From positions 1 to 30,992 of the forward strand of contig DATNNK010000220.1 in assembly GCA_035601875.1 (NCBI GenBank): a stretch of 30,992 nucleotides of DNA. The letters run 5' to 3'. A program made the translations under genes and the position numbers. The stretch is from Casimicrobiaceae bacterium (lineage in GTDB: Bacteria > Pseudomonadota > Gammaproteobacteria > Burkholderiales > Casimicrobiaceae). The notes under the pieces were generated by a model. That model was given only the letters and a program-made list of their open reading frames with translations. It made no database searches and was not told the origin of the DNA. Of the stretch, positions 17,857 to 25,347 are shown piece by piece. The first letter of the stretch is position 1. Each line of letters begins with the position of its first letter.

Positions 17857-18825
17857 TTATTCGACCGTCGCGCCGGATTCCTTCACCAGCCGCACCCAGA
17901 ATTTGGCGTCTTCGGTCAGGAATGCAGCGAAGTCTTCCGGCGAACGGGAGAGCGCGACTTCAGTCCCTTCGCGCGCCAACGCCGCTTTAAATTCGGGCCG
18001 CTGCGCCGCGATACTGGTGGCTTCAAACAGCTTTTTGATGATATCGGACGGCGTACCGGCGGGTACGAAAAATCCATACCAGAACGCTATGCTGAATCCG
18101 GGTACACCCGCTTCTGCCATGCCGGGCACTTCGGGCATCAGCGGCGAACGATCGAGATTGGTCACGGCCAATACACGCAGGCGCCCGGCTCTTACCATCG
18201 GCAGCACCGATGGCGGCGTCGCAAAAGTTACCTGGGTGTCGCCGGCGACGACCGACGCCACTGCCGGTCCGCCGCCCTTGTAAGGTACGTGCACCATGTC
18301 AATGCCGGTGATCCGGCTGAACAGCACGGCACCGAAATGTGGCGCTGAACCGATGCCTGAGGTGGCGTAGTTGAGCTTGCCGGGAGATTTCTTGGCCGCG
18401 GCGATCAGGTCGTTGACCGAGGTGATTCCGGTTGCCGGATTGACCACAATCAGCAATGGCGAAGCAGAGACCTTGGTGATCGGCAATAAATCGCTCGGCC
18501 GGTAGTTGAGCTTGGGATTCAGCGCAGGATTCACCGAAATGCTGGCCGGACTGGCAATCAGCATGCTGTATCCGTCGGGCGACGATTTGGCGACGTTGTC
18601 TGCGGCGATGGATGATCCTGCGCCTGCCCGGTTTTCGATGATGATGGGCTGGCCCAACGCGCGGCCCAAGCCCTCGCCGATGTTCCGCGCAACAATGTCC
18701 GCGGCCCCGCCGGGAGAAAAACCGACCACCAATCGGATCGGTTTGCTGGGATAAGCTTCCGCCAAAGCGTCGGCCCCCATGCTGCACATGACAAGCGCTG
18801 CGGCAAACGCGAAATTGCGCCTCAT
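17857..18825 (-). CDS. Bug/TctC tripartite tricarboxylate transporter substrate-binding protein
   Basis: YPSKPIRLVVGFSPGGAADIVAR, ENRAGAG, PDGYSML, NYATSGIGSAPH, HVPYKGGGPA, WYGFFVPAGTP. Start moved to the ATG at 18825 after an AAGGAG RBS. Confidence 0.93.
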   Translation of the reverse strand: MRRNFAFAAALVMCSMGADALAEAYPSKPIRLVVGFSPGGAADIVARNIGEGLGRALGQPIIIENRAGAGSSIAADNVAKSSPDGYSMLIASPASISVNPALNPKLNYRPSDLLPITKVSASPLLIVVNPATGITSVNDLIAAAKKSPGKLNYATSGIGSAPHFGAVLFSRITGIDMVHVPYKGGGPAVASVVAGDTQVTFATPPSVLPMVRAGRLRVLAVTNLDRSPLMPEVPGMAEAGVPGFSIAFWYGFFVPAGTPSDIIKKLFEATSIAAQRPEFKAALAREGTEVALSRSPEDFAAFLTEDAKFWVRLVKESGATVE

Positions 18826-19823
18826 GATTTCTCCTTGCCTGACGTGGATGCAGGCATGGCAAGCACGATTTTGCCAAGATGGCGGTTCGATTCCATATAC
18901 GCCTTGGCCGCCATGAGTCGTTCGAACGGATAGACCTTGTCGATGAGCGGCCGGATGCGTCCCGCGGCGATCGCCGGCAGCAGATCGGCGACAAAGCCCG
19001 GCACCGCCGCAGCGCGCTGCTCCGCGCTGCGCATTTTGTTCGACACGCCGAACAGCGTCAGACGTTTGACGTGCAGAGCTTGAATGTCGATCTCGCTTTT
19101 CAGTACGCCATCGACATAGCCAACGGTAGCGAGTCGGCCCTCGAAAGCCATCGAGCGCACGCACTCGGCAAACATCGAACCGCCGACCGCGTTGACGACC
19201 AGGTTGACGCCCTTGCCGCCGGTGGCTTTCATCACGGCGTCGTAAAAATCGCCCGCGCGCGTGCACAAACCGAGGTCCAACCCCAGCGTCTTCAGCCGAT
19301 CGAGTTTGTCTTGCGAGCCCGACGTGCCGATCACCTTGGCGCCCAGCACTTTGGCTGCCTGGAGCGCGGCCACGCCGACGCCGGACGAAACGCCGGTCAC
19401 CAACACCCATTCACCGGATGCAAGCCTCCCCTGGGTGACGAGCATGTCGTACACCACCATGAACGTCAGTGGAATCGCCGCGGCTTCCTCCCATGAAAGC
19501 TTGGCCGGTATCGGAATCGCTTCGCGAGAATCCATCAGCGCGTATTCGGCGAACGCACCGGCACAACGCCCCATCACGCGCTGGCCCGCCTTGAGGGTGG
19601 CCACACCCGCGCCAAGCTTGACGACCTCGCCTGCGCCCTCCATCCCGATGGCTTTGGCCGTACCCGCCTTTTGCAGGCCGTGCCCGACAATGAATTCGCC
19701 GCGGTTGAGGCCCGCGGCGCGCATCTGCACCAACACCTGTTGCGGACCCGGTTCGGGTATCGCGGCCTCGCGCAATTCGAGCGTGGCTTGGTCGGCGGTG
19801 GTTTGCATTGAGTAGAACTGCAT
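18822..19823 (-). CDS. zinc-independent MDR-family NADPH:quinone oxidoreductase-like protein
   Basis: PEPGPQQVLV, AAGLNRGE, GMEGAGEV, AAAIPLTF, VLVTGVSSGVG, GKIVL. No Zn-ligand Cys/His cluster is evident. Confidence 0.88.
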   Translation of the reverse strand: MQFYSMQTTADQATLELREAAIPEPGPQQVLVQMRAAGLNRGEFIVGHGLQKAGTAKAIGMEGAGEVVKLGAGVATLKAGQRVMGRCAGAFAEYALMDSREAIPIPAKLSWEEAAAIPLTFMVVYDMLVTQGRLASGEWVLVTGVSSGVGVAALQAAKVLGAKVIGTSGSQDKLDRLKTLGLDLGLCTRAGDFYDAVMKATGGKGVNLVVNAVGGSMFAECVRSMAFEGRLATVGYVDGVLKSEIDIQALHVKRLTLFGVSNKMRSAEQRAAAVPGFVADLLPAIAAGRIRPLIDKVYPFERLMAAKAYMESNRHLGKIVLAMPASTSGKEKS

Positions 19824-19956
19824 CGCGATGCCTTTTGCCGGGGATCGAATAGATAACTGAAAATTTTCTCCTCATCTCCCGTCCTGCTTCCGCGCGCGGG
19901 AAGAGGCTGCGGTGAAGCTCAAGGCCGTCTATCGTGCAATCAAGCGGAACCGAATC

Positions 19957-20766
19957 CTACTTGCCCGCAAAAACCGGCTTGCGCTTTTCCATGAACGCGC
20001 GCCGGCCTTCGGCGTAGTCCTCGCTCTCAAAACAGCCGCGGATCAACTTCTGGCACAACTCGGCGTCGAAGTCCGGCGTAGGCTTGAGGATTTCGCCGAT
20101 CACGGCCTTGGCGGCACGCACTGTCAGCGGTGCATTGACGGCCAGCGCCGCCGTGTATTCGGACAGCAGTGCAGCGAGCGCATCAGGAGGGCAGACGCGG
20201 TTGACCAGGCCCAAAGACCTCGCTTCGTCGGCGTCGATCTTTCGGGCCGTGAAAAACAAATCCTTGGCCGCTCCGGGGCCGATCAGGTCAACCAGGATCT
20301 TCATCGCCGAGTGGCGGTAGCCCAGGCCCAGACGCGCCGCCGGAATGAAGAACACCGAATCGCTGCTCGCGATGCGCAGATCGCAACTGATGGCGACATT
20401 GATGCCACCGCCGACGCAAAAGCCGCGTATGCACGCCAGCGTCGGTTTGCTGAACCGGTAGATACCCGTCAGCGCGGCTTCGGCAATGATTTCATAGCGA
20501 GCAACCGCCTCGCGCGCGGCACGCATGTCCTCAAACTGCGAGATGTCCGCGCCCGACACAAACGCCTTTTCACCGGCGCCGGAGAACACCACCATGCGCA
20601 CCCGGTCATCGCCTTCCGCCTGCGCCAGCAGGACGGGAACGGCTTCCCACATGTCGACCGACAGCGCATTGAGACGCGGCGGATTGTTGAAGCGGATGTG
20701 CAGCGTCGATGCGTCCAGCCACACCTCCACCCGTTCGGTCGGCGATTGATAAGTATTCTCGTCCAT
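19957..20766 (-). CDS. crotonase/enoyl-CoA hydratase superfamily protein
   Basis: FNNPPRLNALS, AFVSGADISQF, KPTLACIRGFCVGGG..AISCDLRIA, DYAEGRRAFMEKRKPVF. Confidence 0.92.
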   Translation of the reverse strand: MDENTYQSPTERVEVWLDASTLHIRFNNPPRLNALSVDMWEAVPVLLAQAEGDDRVRMVVFSGAGEKAFVSGADISQFEDMRAAREAVARYEIIAEAALTGIYRFSKPTLACIRGFCVGGGINVAISCDLRIASSDSVFFIPAARLGLGYRHSAMKILVDLIGPGAAKDLFFTARKIDADEARSLGLVNRVCPPDALAALLSEYTAALAVNAPLTVRAAKAVIGEILKPTPDFDAELCQKLIRGCFESEDYAEGRRAFMEKRKPVFAGK

Positions 20767-21956
20767 CAGTACACTCCGCTTGATTTCATTGGCGCGAGAT
20801 CATCGGCGCCGAGGCCGAGTTCCCCCAGAACTTCCTCGGTATGTTCACCGCGGCGCGGTGCGGCGCGCACAATGCGGCTGGGCGTGCGTTCGAGATGCAC
20901 CGGTTGTCCCATCAGGCGCTGCGGACCAAGCCGGTTGGACACCACGTCCTGCACCATGTGCAAGTGTTGAATCTGCGGTTCTTCAAAGACTTCCTGCACA
21001 TTATTGATATGCCCGCAGGCTACGCCGTCGGCGTTGAAGCGTTCGATCCAGTAATCGCGGTCCTGACTGGAGAGCCGCGCGTTGATGGCAGTGTTGAGCG
21101 CATCGCGATTCACTGAGCGGGTCGCCTTGTCGTGGAAGCGCGCGTCGGTCACCCATTCCGGCGCGCCCAGGGTTGCGCAAAAGCGCTCCCAGATCTTGGA
21201 GCCGAACACCGCGATGTTCATATACCCGTCGCGCGCCTTGTAAACACCGGTTGGAATGCTCGTCGGGTGAAAGTTGCCGGCTTGACCGGCGACTTCGCCG
21301 TCTATGAGCCAGCGCGAGGTCTGAAAATCCATCATGTACACCATGGCTTCAAGCAGCGACGTATGCAGCCATTGCCCTTTGCCTGAGGTTTCGCGCTCGA
21401 GCAGCGCGACCAGGATGCCCTGAGCCGCAAAAATCCCCGCGCACAGATCCGCAATCGGGATACCGACGCGCACCGGCCCTTGTCCCGGCAAGCCGGTGAC
21501 CGACATCAACCCACCCATGCCCTGTGCAATCTGATCGAAGCCGGGCCGCTCGGCCAGCGGACCGGTCTGACCGAAACCGGAGATGCTCGCGTATACCAGT
21601 CGCGGCTGGTCTTTGGAGAGGGATTCGTAGTCGATTCCGAGCCGGAACTTGACGTCGGGACGAAAATTTTCGACCACTACGTCTGCGGTCGCGATCAGCC
21701 GCTTGAGCGCGCTGATGCCTTTGGGTTCTTTTAAGTTAAGCGTCACCGAACGCTTGTTTCGATGCGTGTATTGATAGTCGGAGCCGTCCTGACCGCCGAG
21801 CGTGTCGTCGCCGCGCATGTGGTCCGGCATCTGCACCTGGATGACATCGGCGCCCCAGTCGGCAAGTTGCCGGCACGCCGTCGGCCCGGCCCGGACCTGG
21901 GTGAGATCGATGACGCGAAAGCGTTCCAGGGCGGCGGAAGCGGGCAGGTGAGCCAT
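20766..21956 (-). CDS. class III CoA-transferase (CaiB/BaiF/Frc family)
   Basis: RVIDLTQVRAGP..LADWGADVI, RNKRSVTLNLK, ENFRP, SISGFGQTGP, GFDQIAQGMGGLMS, IPIADLCAG (catalytic Asp). Confidence 0.93.
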   Translation of the reverse strand: MAHLPASAALERFRVIDLTQVRAGPTACRQLADWGADVIQVQMPDHMRGDDTLGGQDGSDYQYTHRNKRSVTLNLKEPKGISALKRLIATADVVVENFRPDVKFRLGIDYESLSKDQPRLVYASISGFGQTGPLAERPGFDQIAQGMGGLMSVTGLPGQGPVRVGIPIADLCAGIFAAQGILVALLERETSGKGQWLHTSLLEAMVYMMDFQTSRWLIDGEVAGQAGNFHPTSIPTGVYKARDGYMNIAVFGSKIWERFCATLGAPEWVTDARFHDKATRSVNRDALNTAINARLSSQDRDYWIERFNADGVACGHINNVQEVFEEPQIQHLHMVQDVVSNRLGPQRLMGQPVHLERTPSRIVRAAPRRGEHTEEVLGELGLGADDLAPMKSSGVY

Positions 21957-21972
21957 CGTAGCGGTCTCGCAA

Positions 21973-22209
21973 TCAGGGCCGGAATGAGGTGGCAGTTGCT
22001 ATGATGAAGCGCCCAAAAGTGTATACATTTTTGGCACCGATGTCCCGAGCTTCGAGGACGCTCTCGACAAGAAGCGGACCGAGCGGCAAACAGCGTAGTG
22101 CCTCGGCGAACTCGACAGCGTGTAAGCGTGCGCCGTGCGCAAAAAAATCCGGGCCGACAGAGTCGACCCGGTCAGGACTTGCGTGCGCCATGTCAGAAGC
22201 AAACTGCAC
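21973..22209 (-). CDS. hypothetical small protein or gene fragment
   Basis: 78-aa ORF ending 16 nt upstream of the co-oriented CoA-transferase start. No recognisable motif, and competing ORFs exist on both strands. Confidence 0.25.
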   Translation of the reverse strand: MQFASDMAHASPDRVDSVGPDFFAHGARLHAVEFAEALRCLPLGPLLVESVLEARDIGAKNVYTFGRFIIATATSFRP

Positions 22210-22439
22210 GACGCGAAATTAAGGGCAGGGATCAGATCGGAGTATCGCCCTGAGGGAGAGGGTTCAGAGTCGTTGCTTCAAGATCTGCCCTACCTGCGAC
22301 GAATTATCCACCCCGCTCCGTCGCCGACCATCAGCCGCGCCCTGATTTGAATGTAGGCGAATCATCCAGCCGATGTAGGACCTTGGCCAGCGCGGGGCCA
22401 CGTACCCGATTGTGAAGCCGTGCCCGACGAGCGCGTCGC

Positions 22440-23207
22440 TCAGTACATCTCGTATTCCACTGTGAAGCGAACCGTCGTGTCAGGAGTGTTGTCGTTCAAT
22501 CCAAACAGGACCGCGCCTTCGTACTTCAGCTTGTTGCGTCCGCCAAGCGGCAGTTTACCGAAGAATGCCGGACCGATCTTGTGCTCGGTCGCGTGGCCGA
22601 AATCGTTCGTTCTGCCCAAACTGCCGAAGCCTTGCACGCCTGGCTCGAAGCGTGAATTGCCGCGCCATTTCACCTGCCACGCGTAGCTCAATCCCGCGCC
22701 CGGCTCGGCGACGGTTCCGAGCACGCGCTCGAGCAGAAAATTCAGGTTGGATTGGATCGCGCCAGACTCGTGCTGGAACATCGGTCCGACCACCAGCAAA
22801 TTCCTGCCGTTGGCGTGATCCCGCGCCAGCTCGGCGAAGAGTCCGACGTCTGCCCAGTAACGACCGGGCTCCGTCAGAGCGAAGATGTTTTCCCATTCGA
22901 GCTCGTCGAGCCTGTAGGATTTGGCCGGCAAGCGCGTATAACCCACCGCAAACTCGCTCTTCCACCACGACGTAAAGCCGTATCCGACGTCGATGACGAG
23001 CTGTCGCTCCCTATCGTCGTCGTGACCCTTCCATTTCTGGTAACCACCGTTGAGCTCGAGCTCCAACTCGCCCTGCACGACGGAGGGCATATCAACCCTG
23101 CTTGCGGGATCGGCGTTGGCGTTCGGAAAGTGGCAAACAGCGATGAATCCAATCAGTGCTGATGGAATCAGGAGGCTCCGGAAATGCGAGACCTTGGCTT
23201 TCCCCAT
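22440..23207 (-). CDS. exported putative outer-membrane beta-barrel protein linked to FTR1
   Basis: Signal peptide ending ANA-D, alternating beta-strand patterns (ELELELNGGY, DVGYGF, LSYAWQVKW, KYEGAVLFGL), and a terminal aromatic residue (VRFTVEYEMY). Start moved to the ATG at 23207; overlaps the end of FTR1. Confidence 0.7.
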   Translation of the reverse strand: MGKAKVSHFRSLLIPSALIGFIAVCHFPNANADPASRVDMPSVVQGELELELNGGYQKWKGHDDDRERQLVIDVGYGFTSWWKSEFAVGYTRLPAKSYRLDELEWENIFALTEPGRYWADVGLFAELARDHANGRNLLVVGPMFQHESGAIQSNLNFLLERVLGTVAEPGAGLSYAWQVKWRGNSRFEPGVQGFGSLGRTNDFGHATEHKIGPAFFGKLPLGGRNKLKYEGAVLFGLNDNTPDTTVRFTVEYEMY

Positions 23208-23992
23208 AGTTTCATTCCCAGCACGATAATGACCACAGTGACAAAGTAGAACGCAAGCTGAATGCCCGCCGGGCGGGCGTCGTAACCGATAAGCGCGTGA
23301 AGCGTCTGGCCGAACAGGGAACGGTCCGAGAGCAGCGCGGACGTATCCCAAAGTCGTGCCCCCATCGGCGGCAGGAGATCGGCCTGGACCAGGAAATTCG
23401 CGGCTTGCGCGGCCATGCCGGCGGCGACAAGAAGCAGCAGCCAATTGGTCGCGGTGAAGAAGTAGCGCATCGGAATCCGGACCAAACCAAGGTACAACGC
23501 AAGTCCGATCCCGGCACCGCCGAGGATGCCCGCACCCACGCCGGCCACCAGATCGATCCAGTCGGAGCCGTTGGCCGCCTGGGCGTAGACGAACAGCACG
23601 GCCTCCGAACCCTCGCGCAGGACGGCGATGGCGACCACCACCAGCAGCGCCGCGAGCGGTCGATGGCCGACCGAGACTTCGCTGCCGACCGATTTCAACT
23701 TCGTCACCAGTGCCTTGCCGTGACTCGACATCCAGATCGCATGCCATCCGATCATGACTACCGCCGCCAGCAGGACGCTCGCGTTGAATACCTCCTGGCC
23801 GATGCCGCTGACAGCAGAGGCAATGGCGCCGGCAAACGCGGCGACCAGTAGAGCGCCACCCACCCCGGCGCCCACCCCAAATCCGACCCATCGTCCCCGA
23901 TCGGGAATACCGCGCGTTGCGGCATAGACAACGCTGATAATCAGCGAAGCCTCCAGTACTTCCCTCAAGACGAGCACTCCGATACCGAGCAT
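23168..23992 (-). CDS. FTR1/EfeU/FtrC-family iron permease
   Basis: Two REXXE motifs (LREVLE, LREGSE), seven-TM-type hydrophobic pattern, LWDTS..LSD.S..GQ.LHALIGY. Confidence 0.93.
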   Translation of the reverse strand: MLGIGVLVLREVLEASLIISVVYAATRGIPDRGRWVGFGVGAGVGGALLVAAFAGAIASAVSGIGQEVFNASVLLAAVVMIGWHAIWMSSHGKALVTKLKSVGSEVSVGHRPLAALLVVVAIAVLREGSEAVLFVYAQAANGSDWIDLVAGVGAGILGGAGIGLALYLGLVRIPMRYFFTATNWLLLLVAAGMAAQAANFLVQADLLPPMGARLWDTSALLSDRSLFGQTLHALIGYDARPAGIQLAFYFVTVVIIVLGMKLWGKPRSRISGAS

Positions 23993-24048
23993 GCGGTTAC
24001 CTTCTCTCGCGCCCGTGGCGCTGATTTCGCCTTAGTGGGCACTCATTT

Positions 24049-24073
24049 GGCTCTGACCCCCGGCTCTGACCCC
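24049..24073. repeat. REP-like tandem GGCTCTGACCCC x2
   Basis: Exact 12-mers at 24049-24060 and 24062-24073, just after the cupredoxin stop codon. They resemble the GGGGTCAGAGCC-type REP half-sites I recall from proteobacteria. Confidence 0.55.
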
Positions 24074-24080
24074 GGTTCTC

Positions 24081-24419
24081 TCACTTGGCTATGAGCACGC
24101 CCTTGGCGCTATCCTTGTTGAAGTCGCCGAAAAAGGGATAGCGGCCGGGTTTCAATGGCCCCACAAAAATAACGACGGTCGCCTTCGCCGGCACCACCTT
24201 CTCCCGATTGAGCTCGTAGCTTTCGAATTCCTCCGGTGTCGCGTCCTGGTTCTCGACCTCCAGCTTGATCTTCTGCCCCGCCGGCACCACCAACTCGGCC
24301 GGCTCGAAACGATGATCGCGGAGGCTCAGCTTGAACGCCGGGTCGTCGGCGCCAGCGGCGCCTACGGCGAGGAGCCCATAGACTGCGACCATCCACCGAA
24401 ATGCGGAACGATTGACCAC
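24081..24419 (-). CDS. periplasmic cupredoxin-domain protein (FtrB/EfeO-N-like)
   Basis: Signal peptide ending AGA-DD, FKLSLRDHRFEPAELVVPAGQK, NQDATPEEFES, IFVGPLKPGRYPFFGDF. Start uncertain (GTG 24419 or ATG 24392); the track's start at 24488 runs through the promoter. Confidence 0.88.
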   Translation of the reverse strand: MVNRSAFRWMVAVYGLLAVGAAGADDPAFKLSLRDHRFEPAELVVPAGQKIKLEVENQDATPEEFESYELNREKVVPAKATVVIFVGPLKPGRYPFFGDFNKDSAKGVLIAK

Positions 24420-24448
24420 GGTGGCCCGATGGTTAAGGAGTGCGAGTA

Positions 24449-24467
24449 GATAATGATAATCGTTCTC
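24449..24467. promoter_or_regulatory. Fur box
   Basis: GATAATGATAATCGTTCTC matches 17 of 19 positions of GATAATGATAATCATTATC and lies upstream of an iron permease operon. Confidence 0.9.
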
Positions 24468-24481
24468 ATTTGTAATTGCAA
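24453..24481 (-). promoter_or_regulatory. sigma70-type promoter of the iron operon
   Basis: Minus strand reads TTGCAA-N17-TATCAT (-35 at 24481-24476, -10 at 24458-24453). The Fur box overlaps the -10 and spacer. Confidence 0.75.
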
Positions 24482-24570
24482 TAGGCAATTACGTACGTGA
24501 CGGGACAACGACGGGCTGCGTACGCCACCGAACGGACAATAAATCGAGCGGGGTACAGACTGGTGTCGCG

Positions 24571-25224
24571 ATGGGCTCGCTCTACCACATCCCGCGAAAA
24601 TCGGCGCTGCTGTCGCTCTTCAAGGCGGCGAGGGTGCGGCTGGCGGCAAACGGCGAGCAAGCTCGTAGGCTTTCGGACACGCGCATCGCTTCGGCTACCA
24701 AAGAAATAAACCAGATCTCGGACGACATCCGAGATGCGAAGGACAGCGGTTCGTCGTGCGACCACATTGATGCGGCGACCAGTCTAGGCAAACCGGCTGA
24801 CCCCGACGTCGCTCTGCCAATAACGGTTACCGTCGGCACCATTCTAAGGGCCGCGCCCAAAGCGCCGGATACGCCTATGCAGGTTGACAAAGGTACCCCC
24901 GTGAATTTGTCAGCGAAAGCGGGCGAAGGTGTGCAATGGCGGGGCGAGTACAACGCCCTCGCGCCTCAGCGTGAAATAGTTGCGTTTGTTTCGCAATTGG
25001 CCGCGCTCGGCTACAGTCCGCGCGAGTTCCGAGTGACTGTCCGGAGCGTGCCGGAGGGACTTGAGGGCACGCGAAGGTGTACGGTTCTGATCGCCCAGCT
25101 TCGGAACGGAGTGCCCTTTCGAGGCAAGCGATACATCGGCGGTCGTGGCGCGGATTGGATCGACGAATTTTCTCGCGACGCGGCGACCACCTTCCCGCGC
25201 CCTATCGACCCGATTCCCGCATAG
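24571..25224 (+). CDS. hypothetical protein (217 aa)
   Basis: Longest ORF filling the gap between the iron promoter and the metallophosphoesterase terminator. No family motif recognised; start uncertain. Confidence 0.5.
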   Translation: MGSLYHIPRKSALLSLFKAARVRLAANGEQARRLSDTRIASATKEINQISDDIRDAKDSGSSCDHIDAATSLGKPADPDVALPITVTVGTILRAAPKAPDTPMQVDKGTPVNLSAKAGEGVQWRGEYNALAPQREIVAFVSQLAALGYSPREFRVTVRSVPEGLEGTRRCTVLIAQLRNGVPFRGKRYIGGRGADWIDEFSRDAATTFPRPIDPIPA

Positions 25225-25291
25225 GGCGTTTGGCCGCTGCATTGACGTCAGCCTGTTAATCGCCCCCGATTATTGGCCAATAATAGGGCCC

Positions 25292-25315
25292 AAGACAAAC
25301 CCGCCGAGGCGGGCT
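25292..25315 (-). terminator. intrinsic terminator of the PAP2-DAGK-metallophosphoesterase operon
   Basis: Minus strand reads AG-CCCGCC-TC-GGCGGG-TTTGTCTTG, a GC hairpin plus T-rich tail about 33 nt after the stop codon. Confidence 0.55.
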
Positions 25316-25347
25316 CGAGTCAGAAATATAGCGGGGTTAGCAGCAGT

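Noticed and set aside
19887-19903. Short hairpin CTTCCGCGCGCGGGAAG, and a similar CCCTGAGGGAGAGGGTT stretch near 22248-22264, as degenerate REP-like elements
   Set aside because: Too short and degenerate to support without genome-wide counts.
17857-23891. Apparent long N-terminal extensions or fusions (17857..19410, 22440..23891; likewise 4024..4884, 5447..6496, 9234..11459, 24081..24488)
   Set aside because: The extensions overlap neighbouring genes or promoters in another frame. Internal starts with signal peptides, family N-termini and in several cases a clear RBS explain the real proteins.
25291-25345. Superficial resemblance to a c-di-GMP-I (GEMM) riboswitch (ACAAACC…GG…AGCGGGGTTA)
   Set aside because: It lacks the GNRA-loop/receptor pair and the GACGCAAAGC core, has no downstream plus-strand gene, and the hairpin is better explained as the minus-strand terminator. 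An Rfam scan would settle it.
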